A DNA stretch of 64,000 nt from a virus (IMGVR_UViG_3300021255_000114:1-64000); one strand, 5' to 3'. Numbered from the stretch's first letter, positions 36,662-46,370 are shown. Made by a program: numbers and translations. Notes: generated by a model not told the origin, from the letters alone.

Positions 36662-38614
36662 TTACTTATCGTTTTCTGATTTAATTAATTCTTCTGACAA
36701 ATAACTTTTATATAACACTTTGTTGAACATTTCTTCTGAAATGCTGTCATTAAAAAGCATATAAATACATTCAACATCTCTTGTCTGCGTAAGTCTATGA
36801 ATCCTCGATTCGCTTTGTTTGTTTACTGCTGATACCCAATCATAATTGTTAAAAATACAAAAACGTGATGCCGGAAGAGACAAACCAACCCCACTAGCAA
36901 TTAGATTTCCAACAAAAACCATAACATTTTTATCATTGTTAAAAGCGTATTGTGCTTCATCTTTCTGTTTAATATTCATTTTACCATTATAGCACACCGC
37001 TTTTTTACCATAGTAATTCATAAGCATATCCATTTCTTTTTGATATGCAGTGAATATAACTACTTTGTCACCATCTTCAATAATTTCGTCAGCGGCTTCT
37101 ATTGTATGTTGTACCATTTCCCTTCCAAAAAACTGCCTAATAAGACCGCCCTCAATCAATTTACGATTTTTGTCAATATCTGTTTCGTCGGAATATTCAT
37201 CCCAAAAGTCTGAGTATTCATCACCAATTGAAATTTGGTATCCGTCTTGTGCTTTGACATAATCAGACCACAGTTTTGAATATTTTACACGTTGTTCATC
37301 GGTGAAATCGAAATATCTACGGGTAATTTTTTTATCAACCATAGTTCCAACATCGGTTGTGAGTCTACGAATATAGCAATCTTTGATTTTATCTCTCAAT
37401 TCATCCAAATTTTGTGGTTCTCCGAATGTAATATATTTTCCACCGTCTTTTTTCTTATGTTCAACGGCATTCATGAACCGTTTTGCGTAATATTGGTAAT
37501 CTTTCGTTACATCGGCATTGATGAGATTGAGAATGTTGTAAAGATTCATTGGATTATTGGTCAATGGGGTGCCGGTAAGAAGAAAAACATAATTTGGATT
37601 TGATTTTCTCAGGAAATCATAAATGGTTTTGTATCTGATAGACCCTTTGTTTGACAGTTTTTGTGCCTCGTCAATGATAACACAATCAAAGTTATGGAGA
37701 AACAGCGGAGAATTCGCCAATGCTTTTGAAATATCACTCTTTTTCCTTGATTTCTGCATTTTCTGAACGAGTTTTCCGTTCTTTTTAACCATAACCGGTT
37801 TTTTTATAACCTCAGACACATTACCGTCAGCGTCAAGTATCTCCATTTCTTCAAAAACAGGCTCCTCGGCAACTTCATAGAAGTTCTGTACAATTTCGTA
37901 ATTGATAATGGTGAATTTGGGGGTATCGTCGCGCCATTTTTTTCCATTGACTATTTGGACATCATCGTTACCAACCAAACGAAGACATTCACGTTTCCAA
38001 TTAGTCTTGAGTGATGCCGGAGAAATAACCAAAACATGCTCTGCACCCGATTCAAGTGAAGCAATTATTGATGTAAGTGTTTTGCCTGTACCCTGTTCGT
38101 CTGCACAGATACATTTTTTGCTTGCAACAAGGAATTTTACACCCTCTCTTTGATAGTCTTTCAGTGTAAACGGATTTTTTTCGAGTTTTGAAGTATGGTT
38201 GTCATATTTAGCAAAATCGATGTCGAAATTCTTCCAATCAATGGTAAATAGTTTGCCTAACAAACCTTTCTTCTGTATATAAGCAAGTTTTACACCTTCG
38301 CTTTGTCTATATTTGAAGTAGGCATGATAACTGTCTCCCATTTCACCGACAATCTTCGTTATCAGTATTTTTTCAGGAACAAATTCAAGTTTATACTTCT
38401 CAAACAGTTTCTGTCCGAGTTCAGGTGTTATCTTGATTACCTTATTAGGTTCAAGCGGGATGTAATCCTTGTTTTTGTTGATGTATTGAATGTCGAAGTC
38501 GGACAATACTTTACCTCCACGCTTATATTGTGATGAAAGCATAGATATATACGGATTAAGTCCTTTATAATCCTCAAGTATCTCATATGCTTTTGTTATC
38601 TTCGTCTTTGCCAT
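36662..38614 (-). CDS. SNF2/SWI2-family helicase/ATPase
   Basis: YQ.EGV, ADEQGTGKT, PASLK.NW, IIDEAQ, LLTGTP, GVGLSL and QSESRIHR motifs. Confidence 0.9.
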   Translation of the reverse strand: MAKTKITKAYEILEDYKGLNPYISMLSSQYKRGGKVLSDFDIQYINKNKDYIPLEPNKVIKITPELGQKLFEKYKLEFVPEKILITKIVGEMGDSYHAYFKYRQSEGVKLAYIQKKGLLGKLFTIDWKNFDIDFAKYDNHTSKLEKNPFTLKDYQREGVKFLVASKKCICADEQGTGKTLTSIIASLESGAEHVLVISPASLKTNWKRECLRLVGNDDVQIVNGKKWRDDTPKFTIINYEIVQNFYEVAEEPVFEEMEILDADGNVSEVIKKPVMVKKNGKLVQKMQKSRKKSDISKALANSPLFLHNFDCVIIDEAQKLSNKGSIRYKTIYDFLRKSNPNYVFLLTGTPLTNNPMNLYNILNLINADVTKDYQYYAKRFMNAVEHKKKDGGKYITFGEPQNLDELRDKIKDCYIRRLTTDVGTMVDKKITRRYFDFTDEQRVKYSKLWSDYVKAQDGYQISIGDEYSDFWDEYSDETDIDKNRKLIEGGLIRQFFGREMVQHTIEAADEIIEDGDKVVIFTAYQKEMDMLMNYYGKKAVCYNGKMNIKQKDEAQYAFNNDKNVMVFVGNLIASGVGLSLPASRFCIFNNYDWVSAVNKQSESRIHRLTQTRDVECIYMLFNDSISEEMFNKVLYKSYLSEELIKSENDK

Positions 38615-38642
38615 ACTTGTAGTAAATATACTATTTTTACAC

Positions 38643-38649
38643 TATTTAT
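38643..38649 (+). promoter_or_regulatory. Putative late promoter TATTTAT
   Basis: Recurring motif upstream of the neck gene. Confidence 0.5.
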
Positions 38650-38681
38650 GTTATAATAAATGTAACTTTTTTTGACAGGGA

Positions 38682-39203
38682 ATGCCAAATAACACTTTTA
38701 CACCGATTAACAGGAACAAGATTTTCTATTCCGAGCGCGAATTCGACTATGAAACGGATTTGCTTATGGATTACATTGAAGGTGACCTGAACCAAACAGT
38801 TGTGGTATACCCCGTTGATAGGGAGAAAACACAGGTCAACGCCATTACGCAAAATGCGACCAATGGCATACGTTTCAAAAATCCAATTGAAATACCCTGC
38901 CAATATGAAATTGAGGATTCTGAAATTAAAACATTTGATAAGAAGACATCAAATGGTGTGTATGCTTTGTCCGGTAATCTTACTGTCTATGCGCTTACAA
39001 AAATACTCGAAAAATATGAATGTGAAATAAGTAGGGGTGATTATGTCGGAGTGTATGTCGATGAGGGCAGGATGACCTACTTTGTTGTTACAGACGATGG
39101 TAAGGTTAATACAAGTAATAAAAACTATGTCGGTGCTTATCGCCCTGTATGGAGATTGATAAAAGCATCCCCTGTGAGTAATGATGAATTTAATGGTCAG
39201 TAA
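38682..39203 (+). CDS. Neck/head-closure protein (T4 gp14-like)
   Basis: Beta-barrel pattern with L.....I..GDY and YF.V, located upstream of tail completion and sheath. Confidence 0.55.
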   Translation: MPNNTFTPINRNKIFYSEREFDYETDLLMDYIEGDLNQTVVVYPVDREKTQVNAITQNATNGIRFKNPIEIPCQYEIEDSEIKTFDKKTSNGVYALSGNLTVYALTKILEKYECEISRGDYVGVYVDEGRMTYFVVTDDGKVNTSNKNYVGAYRPVWRLIKASPVSNDEFNGQ

Positions 39204-39214
39204 ATTAATGAATT

Positions 39215-40243
39215 ATGCCTCAAAGTCCAAAAAGAAATATAACGAAGTTATCACTCGTACCTAATATTGAGGGTACACTTAGGCGAATCGAAAATGCCAG
39301 AGAGGCTTTTGATGAGAACCTGATATTCCCTAAACCTGTGGAATATGAAGATATTGATAGGGCAGTATTGGAGTTTGTCAGGGATAATATCCATTTACAG
39401 GCCGATGGTAAGGAGGCACCCACATTCACCCTATTCAGCAATCAGCGTTTCTCGGAATATTCGCAAACTTGGGAGCATGTTGATGCCGAGGGGAATCTTT
39501 TGATGGATTTCAAAACAGTAAATAGAGAGAGTAATCCTACATGGGGGGATAATCAAGGTGGTGCCTTTAATATACCTGGCGATAGACGTTACACGATACA
39601 GATGAAGGAAGTTCTTGATGATAACGGTACAGAATCATATGAAGTCTATTCTATGGGACAGCCTTTGTCGATTAATTTGGATTATACGGTAAATTACGTA
39701 ACGGCGGATTGGGACAAGTTGAATGATTTCAACTTACAGTTAAATGAACTTTTTAAGTCGATTCAATGCTATATCAAGCCGAACGGGTGGTATATGCCCA
39801 TAAAACTTGAGTCTATTGACGATGAGACGGAATATGCGGTAGATAATCGCAAAATTTATATTCAGAGTGCAGGTTTGAGTGTTCAGGGCATAATTTCACC
39901 GAAGTCAAGTTACAAAATAGAGAAATTCCCGAAAAGGAAATTTATAGGAACCGCGTTTGACAAGAACAGAAACAAGGCACATGTGGATGTCGAGGAGAAT
40001 ATTGGAGGTGATAGGATAACCATCAGTTTTTCCGCAGGTGTCGATAAGACAGAATTCACATTTGACGATAAACTTTACATCAGTGAATTTGAAAAAGAGA
40101 ATGTGAGGGATTTTACAATCTACATAGATGGAGAGAAAATCACCAATCCATACGAGGGTATCACCCTTTATGACGGTTCAGAGGTAAAAATCAAGATAAA
40201 TAATGTTGAAAAAGGCCTCCCGGCGACCCTCATACTTCATTAA
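39215..40243 (+). CDS. Tail completion/sheath stabiliser (T4 gp15-like)
   Basis: DID.AV..F and P..I.L.Y.V......LN.....L patterns, positioned before the sheath. Confidence 0.6.
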   Translation: MPQSPKRNITKLSLVPNIEGTLRRIENAREAFDENLIFPKPVEYEDIDRAVLEFVRDNIHLQADGKEAPTFTLFSNQRFSEYSQTWEHVDAEGNLLMDFKTVNRESNPTWGDNQGGAFNIPGDRRYTIQMKEVLDDNGTESYEVYSMGQPLSINLDYTVNYVTADWDKLNDFNLQLNELFKSIQCYIKPNGWYMPIKLESIDDETEYAVDNRKIYIQSAGLSVQGIISPKSSYKIEKFPKRKFIGTAFDKNRNKAHVDVEENIGGDRITISFSAGVDKTEFTFDDKLYISEFEKENVRDFTIYIDGEKITNPYEGITLYDGSEVKIKINNVEKGLPATLILH

Positions 40244-40460
40244 TTTCCTGAAAAATTTTTCCAGTGACTGTTGTTATAGTGACTTATCGATCATTATATA
40301 CGTACAGTAACTGATCATTATAATAATAATTTATTTTATTTATTATTATAATAATATTATACTAGAAGTGATAGTAGTTAAACGTAGATACTGGTTTGTT
40401 TAACGATCATACCAGCAACTCCAAAATAGTTTAAAAATACCGGAAAATATCAATTCACAA
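40244..40460. other. AT-rich non-coding element with inverted and direct repeats (candidate origin or regulatory site)
   Basis: Perfect 12-bp inverted repeat TTATAATAATAA (40318-40329) / TTATTATTATAA (40340-40351), three GATCAT and three AGT(G/A)AC short repeats. Confidence 0.4.
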
Positions 40461-40470
40461 AATTGGCTGA

Positions 40471-40478
40471 TATTTATA
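40471..40478 (+). promoter_or_regulatory. Putative late promoter (GGCTGA-TATTTATA)
   Basis: Recurring motif 48 nt upstream of the sheath ATG. Confidence 0.6.
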
Positions 40479-40525
40479 TAGTAAGACTTAATAAGGAAAA
40501 TAATAATATCAAAGTTTAAAGAATA

Positions 40526-43500
40526 ATGGCAAATAGAACAAATACAACAAGGCCACATTCAGCACCTGGTCTATATTTCAAGGATTCTGTGCAGACCTAC
40601 TCAAGCAAGTCACTTGGAATTACTACTCTTGGTGTTACGGGTGAAACACTTCGTGGTCCTGCATTCCAACCAATTTCAATCAGTAATTGGAGGGAATTCC
40701 AAACCTATTTCGGGGGTACAAGTACCGCCAAGTTCAAGGGCAGCCAATATCCGAAGTATGAACTTCCCTACATTGCCAAAAGTTACCTTGAGCAGAGTAA
40801 CCAACTTGAAGTTGTTCGTGTTCTTGGTTTATCGGGTGTAAATGCCGGTCCGGCTTGGGTTATTACAGCAACAAAACATAAAGTTTTTACTGGCTATGAC
40901 TATGTATTGCTGAGTTCAGAACCATCTGAAGAATGCGCAATTTACACAACACTCCCAAAACCACCATACATCGACGACAATTATCCCGATTACATCAAGA
41001 TTGCCTCGAACCTTGAATGGCATACATTGTGCAGTGCTTGTGACGATACTCGCATTGAGGATGAAGAGAAGCAGGTTTTTGACCTTACAAAAGGTGATAC
41101 AGTTCCTGACGCAAACACATTTACGGAGTATGATTACATCAAAGTCATACAAAAGTGGTTTTATACACCTGTTGACCACACTACAATTACTGATTTCAGC
41201 AAATACGTTACAGTGACACAATTCCCTGAGACGATTTCGGGCGAATCAGAAAAGAACATAAGAATTGCCACAATCGAAAACCCGTCAAGTGATGCTGATT
41301 ATGATTACTATGACTTGGAAAACACCGCTTATTGCTACGAAAAACAAGAAAATTATAACTACTACAAAAAAACGTGGAGATCAGGCGTACAACTTGAAGA
41401 GGAAGATTACTGTGAGGGAAATCGTAACAATATGGTTGTGGCAGTACTCCGTTCGCGTGGAGAACACAAAAAAGCAGCGTTTGTCCGTACACCGACCCAA
41501 GACGACATTGCTAATGGAATTTGCGATGATATCTATAGTTACGACGGCATAGAATATTTTGCAAAAGAGATACGTCTTGAACCTAGCAAATCATTGACAC
41601 TCGGTTCAAGTTGCAATCCGGGATTTTCAACTGTAACGGGTGATTTTACAGTCGACAGTTTCAATTACGGTACATTTACCATTGCCGTTGACACTATCTA
41701 TGGCGAAACAAAATACTACTCAGTATCTTTAAACCCGGGCGAAAAGAATTATATCTACAATGTAATCGGCGGAAATCCTGAAGAGGGTGATGCAGAAATT
41801 TACGTTGAGGAACTTTATGACGTTGCACTTCGCCAACTTATCGACGAAGGTGTGTTCAATGCCATCAACTCAGAGGTTATCAAATATCCTGCAATCAACA
41901 TTCTCCCAAAATTCGCCGACGTTGATGATATTATGACTGATTCGGTTCTCACCAAGAAATATCGCGGTAAACGCTATCTTTACAGCAATGAACTTTCCGA
42001 AGGTATAAAAGTAAGGTATAGCGAGGATGGCGGAAATACATGGTATGAAGGTGACGGCATCAATGGTGTTATTTACACAGTATTCGAGCGTACCAATGCA
42101 GCAACCGGCAAGAAAGAGTATTTCTATGGTGCATATACCGATGCCATTCAGTTCAAATATGAGATTTACGACGGTGAACCTAAAGACGTGGAATGGATTG
42201 AATGCTCGCAAACAGTTACAAACGAACAACAGAATGTCTTCGTGGCAAAACCTGAGTTTTTCGACAAACCTAATACCACGAACCCCGAATACATCAAGAT
42301 AATCACACCAAACGATAATCTTGTCAATGGTGACGATTCGATTGTTGTTGAAAATGGCGTTATTAAAGATGAAACAACCGGCACAGTAATCTCAGAAGAA
42401 AAGGTAACCTATTACCCATTCCATTTTCAGATTACAACAACGCAAACAATCGTTGGCAGAAATTCTGTAAAAATTACATTCCCGAAAAAGGCCGAACTAA
42501 AAGATTTCGAAGTTTATTCATACAGTAACCTTAATCCTAAACTTTATGAGTATGAATGGGACAAGGGAGAGGGTAACACTTTCATTTCAAGAAATGCAAT
42601 TCCAGAACTTGAACCAGGCACCTATGATTTCGTACTCTATACTACAATAGATGGTGATTATACCATCAAGATTGATGACCAGACTGTCACACTTACCGTT
42701 AAGAAGAGTAATGGTGTCAATTATGTGAAGAAAGTTACCGATATCACCGATAGCACAAGAGCAAAGAAGACAACCGAACGTCTTACGGTTTATAAATTCA
42801 GCGCAGACGTCGTTCATGGAAAATTCACGAACTGCGTGAAGGTTCTTGCTGACAATATGATTTATGTCAACAATACTACCGTTGATGATAAACATAATAT
42901 GACAGAGGATGTTTTCCCGATAACACTTGATTTCAACAACTACAAAGAACAGTACAGGTATGCTTCAACACCTTGGATAGTTTCCGAAATTAAAGGTAGC
43001 GCAGAACAGGTACAACTTGCCAAACTGTTCCGCTTCCATACGATTTCAGACGGCAACAATTCATCGCTTGAAGTCAAGATTTCAATTGAGAATATTGACC
43101 CTTCAACCGGTAAATTTGATGTTCTCGTCCGTAACTTTAATGATACTGACCTCAACACCAACGTCATCGAACGCTTTGTTGGATGTACTCTTGTTCCTGG
43201 TGACCCTGACTATATTGCGCTAAAAATTGGTTCATTCGACGAATCATATAATGCAGTTTCAAATTATATTACTGTTGAGGTTATTGAGAATGACACAACC
43301 AAGAATTCAATCCCGGCAGGATTCCTCGGATATCCAATGCGTGACTACAGTGGATTTGCTATCAAAGAGACTGCATGGAAGTACACCAAAATAGATAATC
43401 CAATGGATACATCAGTGTTTGTGAAGGTTGACAGTTTACCGGATACTGTTAAAGATACCGATCCGTGGTTTGTGTATATTGAGAGCGAAACCGGAAATAC

Positions 43501-44998
43501 ATATTACGGAAGAGAATTTGCCATCACATCAAACCCAACGCAGCCGTATTTCAAATTCAACACTGATGTTGATGAAGACATCAAGATCAAGAAACAATAC
43601 TTTGGCGTTTCCGACCTTACGGGAATCGATACCGATGCGTTGACTTATAAAGGTGTTGAGGCTTATAATGAAGTTCCCGCAGGTATGACACCTTGCTTCC
43701 ACCTTGATGCACGCATTCTTAATGGTGTGCCTAACGAGCATGGTGAAATTGAGAACGGCGATATTAAACAAACAGTTTCGGTTGACGGTATTACCGGATA
43801 CAGTTGGGTAACTGTTAACAAGAACATCACCACGAGTGAAGGTATTGAACCTCGTATCGGTTCGGAAAGTGTAATGGCCGGTACAATCTATGAAGACAAG
43901 AAATACCGTAAATTCACTGTGGCATTCTATGGCGGATGGGATGGTTGGGACTATTACAGAACCTACCGTTCGAACACCAATGAATATCGTGCCAAAGAAT
44001 ACAAAGGCTACATTAACAGTGTGAGTGGATATGGCGATATGTTTAACGTTGTTAAAAATCCTGAAGCCTTCAATTTTGATAGTAACCAAAAGGTCATAAA
44101 TTCTGACTACTATGCATATCTCGCAGGTGTCCGTCAGTTTAACAATCCTAAGTCGATTGCAATCAATGTACTTGCAACACCAGGTATTGACTATGTCAAC
44201 AACGGCCAATTGGTAAACGAAGTTATCGATATGGTTGAAGAGGATCGTCAGGATTGTATTTACGTTGTGACTACACCTGACAAACCATTCGGAGCAAGCG
44301 ACTCGAAGGACGATATGTATAATGCCGATGAAGTAGTTGCAAATCTTGAGGATTCAGATATTGACAGTAACCATACAACGACATATTATCCTTGGGTGAA
44401 GTATTTTGATGCAGACAATTCAGACTACATCTACCTTCCAATCACCCGCGACGTCGTTAAATCAATAGCTTTGACTGACAACCAGGCATTCCCGTGGTTT
44501 GCTGCGGCAGGTTGGACTCGTGGCCCGATTTCGGGAGACGCTCCAAAACGCAGACTGAAACAAGGTGAACAGGATACTCTTTATGACGGACGTATCAACT
44601 TCGTTGCAAGTTTCGCCGGCGAAGATTTCGGTGACACTAATGTAACAGACCGTATTTGGGGCGATAAAAACCTCCAGATAGCCGATAACCAACTCAACAG
44701 GCTGTCAGCACGCCGACTCTTGCTCCGCATCAAACGTATGTTACAGACTTCCTGCATTGGTCTCATCTTTGACCCGAACGACAACAACCAAACCAAGGCT
44801 ATCAGGAATTCAGTCGGAAGTGTCCTCGACTATATCAAAGAGAATCGTGGTATTACCGATTGGAGAATCGAAATCGACGATAGCCCGTCCACAACTGATC
44901 AACTCGGACGCGGTGTAACGTATTATATCAAACGCACCCCATTGCTTGAATGGATTTCATTCACGAGTGTCTTAACACCACAGGGTATGGAGTGGTAA
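40526..44998 (+). CDS. Contractile tail sheath protein (1490 aa) with large insertions
   Basis: N-terminal PGLY...G.T.RGPAF.P..I.NW.EF..YFG. C-terminal INVLATPG, YYPWV, PWFAAAG..RG, LY..RIN, WG.K.LQ, R...RRLL and F.PND. Confidence 0.95.
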   Translation: MANRTNTTRPHSAPGLYFKDSVQTYSSKSLGITTLGVTGETLRGPAFQPISISNWREFQTYFGGTSTAKFKGSQYPKYELPYIAKSYLEQSNQLEVVRVLGLSGVNAGPAWVITATKHKVFTGYDYVLLSSEPSEECAIYTTLPKPPYIDDNYPDYIKIASNLEWHTLCSACDDTRIEDEEKQVFDLTKGDTVPDANTFTEYDYIKVIQKWFYTPVDHTTITDFSKYVTVTQFPETISGESEKNIRIATIENPSSDADYDYYDLENTAYCYEKQENYNYYKKTWRSGVQLEEEDYCEGNRNNMVVAVLRSRGEHKKAAFVRTPTQDDIANGICDDIYSYDGIEYFAKEIRLEPSKSLTLGSSCNPGFSTVTGDFTVDSFNYGTFTIAVDTIYGETKYYSVSLNPGEKNYIYNVIGGNPEEGDAEIYVEELYDVALRQLIDEGVFNAINSEVIKYPAINILPKFADVDDIMTDSVLTKKYRGKRYLYSNELSEGIKVRYSEDGGNTWYEGDGINGVIYTVFERTNAATGKKEYFYGAYTDAIQFKYEIYDGEPKDVEWIECSQTVTNEQQNVFVAKPEFFDKPNTTNPEYIKIITPNDNLVNGDDSIVVENGVIKDETTGTVISEEKVTYYPFHFQITTTQTIVGRNSVKITFPKKAELKDFEVYSYSNLNPKLYEYEWDKGEGNTFISRNAIPELEPGTYDFVLYTTIDGDYTIKIDDQTVTLTVKKSNGVNYVKKVTDITDSTRAKKTTERLTVYKFSADVVHGKFTNCVKVLADNMIYVNNTTVDDKHNMTEDVFPITLDFNNYKEQYRYASTPWIVSEIKGSAEQVQLAKLFRFHTISDGNNSSLEVKISIENIDPSTGKFDVLVRNFNDTDLNTNVIERFVGCTLVPGDPDYIALKIGSFDESYNAVSNYITVEVIENDTTKNSIPAGFLGYPMRDYSGFAIKETAWKYTKIDNPMDTSVFVKVDSLPDTVKDTDPWFVYIESETGNTYYGREFAITSNPTQPYFKFNTDVDEDIKIKKQYFGVSDLTGIDTDALTYKGVEAYNEVPAGMTPCFHLDARILNGVPNEHGEIENGDIKQTVSVDGITGYSWVTVNKNITTSEGIEPRIGSESVMAGTIYEDKKYRKFTVAFYGGWDGWDYYRTYRSNTNEYRAKEYKGYINSVSGYGDMFNVVKNPEAFNFDSNQKVINSDYYAYLAGVRQFNNPKSIAINVLATPGIDYVNNGQLVNEVIDMVEEDRQDCIYVVTTPDKPFGASDSKDDMYNADEVVANLEDSDIDSNHTTTYYPWVKYFDADNSDYIYLPITRDVVKSIALTDNQAFPWFAAAGWTRGPISGDAPKRRLKQGEQDTLYDGRINFVASFAGEDFGDTNVTDRIWGDKNLQIADNQLNRLSARRLLLRIKRMLQTSCIGLIFDPNDNNQTKAIRNSVGSVLDYIKENRGITDWRIEIDDSPSTTDQLGRGVTYYIKRTPLLEWISFTSVLTPQGMEW

Positions 44999-45019
44999 GC
45001 GATAACCCACACAAAGTAA

Positions 45020-45051
45020 GAAAGGGAGAAAACAAAAATTCTCCCTTTTTC
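45020..45051 (+). terminator. Rho-independent terminator after the sheath gene
   Basis: GAAAGGGAGAA...TTCTCCCTTT hairpin plus T-run. Confidence 0.8.
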
Positions 45052-45060
45052 GTTTTAATC

Positions 45061-45068
45061 TATTTATA
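45061..45068 (+). promoter_or_regulatory. Putative late promoter TATTTATA
   Basis: Recurring motif 20 nt upstream of ATG 45088. Confidence 0.55.
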
Positions 45069-45087
45069 GTAAAAGAAATATGATACT

Positions 45088-45492
45088 ATGGCACAGACAT
45101 TCATAATCAATAAAAATAGCACACTCCCAATATTAAGGATGAATTTAAACAACGACGGATATTCTGAATATTGGAAAGCCTATCTTGCATTACAAGGGGC
45201 AAACGGTGTAACATTTTCAATGTGGAATCAGGAAACCGGAATATACAAGATTGCAAACGCCCCTGCTGAAATAACCTATGATGAATACAGTGGATGCGAG
45301 GAACGTTATCTTATACAATACAAATGGAAGGAACGTGATACGAATGAGTCCGGCCGGTATATCGGACAATTCAAGATTAGTTTTTCTGATGATATTGTCA
45401 TGGAAGGCGTTACATTCCCAAGCGGGGAGTTAATAACCCCAATTTCTGAAGATCTTGTAATTGTAGTAAATGACTCTTGGAAAAAGAACTAA
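45088..45492 (+). CDS. BppU N-terminal-like Ig-fold virion protein
   Basis: F.I.KN.TLP.L...L, V.FSM, .Y.W...DT...G.Y.GQF.I.F and .T.P. Confidence 0.6.
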   Translation: MAQTFIINKNSTLPILRMNLNNDGYSEYWKAYLALQGANGVTFSMWNQETGIYKIANAPAEITYDEYSGCEERYLIQYKWKERDTNESGRYIGQFKISFSDDIVMEGVTFPSGELITPISEDLVIVVNDSWKKN

Positions 45493-45496
45493 AAGA

Positions 45497-45521
45497 AAAG
45501 CCACCCATTTTGAGTGGCTTT
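45497..45521. terminator. Bidirectional terminator
   Basis: AAAGCCAC...GTGGCTTT hairpin between convergent genes. Confidence 0.7.
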
Positions 45522-45539
45522 ATTTCTTTATTTTTTTTT

Positions 45540-45908
45540 TTATTGTCTTCTGTAAGCGTTTTGATATCGCTCTATAATATCTTTTTTAATGTAATCTATT
45601 ATAACACTATCCGGTTTGCTATAATAATTGTCAGGGAATGGTAATGTACCGAAATCCCAAATAAAGCAATCTTTTGGTGGATATGCCCAACCGCCTTGTA
45701 TTCTCCAAACGCCCCAATCAGGACCGAGGTCTATGGTTTTACCTTCCTTTTTGATTCGTTCATTCTCGGCTCTTTCGCTATCTTGGTGTTTTTGTGCGTA
45801 ATATTGGTCGGCAGTATTGCCATATTCTATTTCAGAAACAATTTCCATTATACTTTCATGTATGAGTTTTTTGAGTTTAGTTTCTGATAGATTAATACTT
45901 TGCTTCAT
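45540..45908 (-). CDS. Putative internal head protein
   Basis: N-terminus MKQSINLSETKLKKLIHESIMEIVSE is rich in [ILV]xE motifs. Confidence 0.6.
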   Translation of the reverse strand: MKQSINLSETKLKKLIHESIMEIVSEIEYGNTADQYYAQKHQDSERAENERIKKEGKTIDLGPDWGVWRIQGGWAYPPKDCFIWDFGTLPFPDNYYSKPDSVIIDYIKKDIIERYQNAYRRQ

Positions 45909-45922
45909 TTTATATGAATGGG

Positions 45923-46342
45923 TTATTTTTGTTTATCTTGAGATTCAACGGGTTTATCGATAATTTGGAGTATCTTTTTCATAGTACTGTATTCTACTGA
46001 TTCTGCACGATTTGCAAGTTTACCAAGGGCTTTAATAACAGCAACGCGGATATCATCAAGCATACCTTTTACTTCAGGATCCATTACTGCTTCGCTTGGA
46101 AGTGTTCCTTGGATAGGTTGTATATCGCCATCTTGACCTGATTGTTGGGGTTGCTGTGGGGCGACTTCAGGTTCAGGACCACCTGCGCTCGTATCATATC
46201 CTGGATTATCAATTTCCTGTGGATTCATATCGTTATTGAACACCATTTCCATAAGTGTCATTGATTTCTTTTCTTCTTTTTTTGGTTTAGGGTTTTTTAC
46301 ACCATGGAGGTCTTGTTTTATTTCATTAATCAATTGTGACAT
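45923..46342 (-). CDS. Hypothetical head-associated protein
   Basis: LINE and LME motifs, Q/P-rich linker, helical C-terminus. Confidence 0.55.
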   Translation of the reverse strand: MSQLINEIKQDLHGVKNPKPKKEEKKSMTLMEMVFNNDMNPQEIDNPGYDTSAGGPEPEVAPQQPQQSGQDGDIQPIQGTLPSEAVMDPEVKGMLDDIRVAVIKALGKLANRAESVEYSTMKKILQIIDKPVESQDKQK

Positions 46343-46370
46343 ATCTTCTATATTCTTTTTTCTCTATTAT

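Noticed and set aside
40892-43516. Inteins or introns explaining the oversized sheath
   Set aside because: The inserts lack intein ends (N-terminal C/S, C-terminal HN followed by C/S/T) and LAGLIDADG motifs, and the reading frame is continuous.
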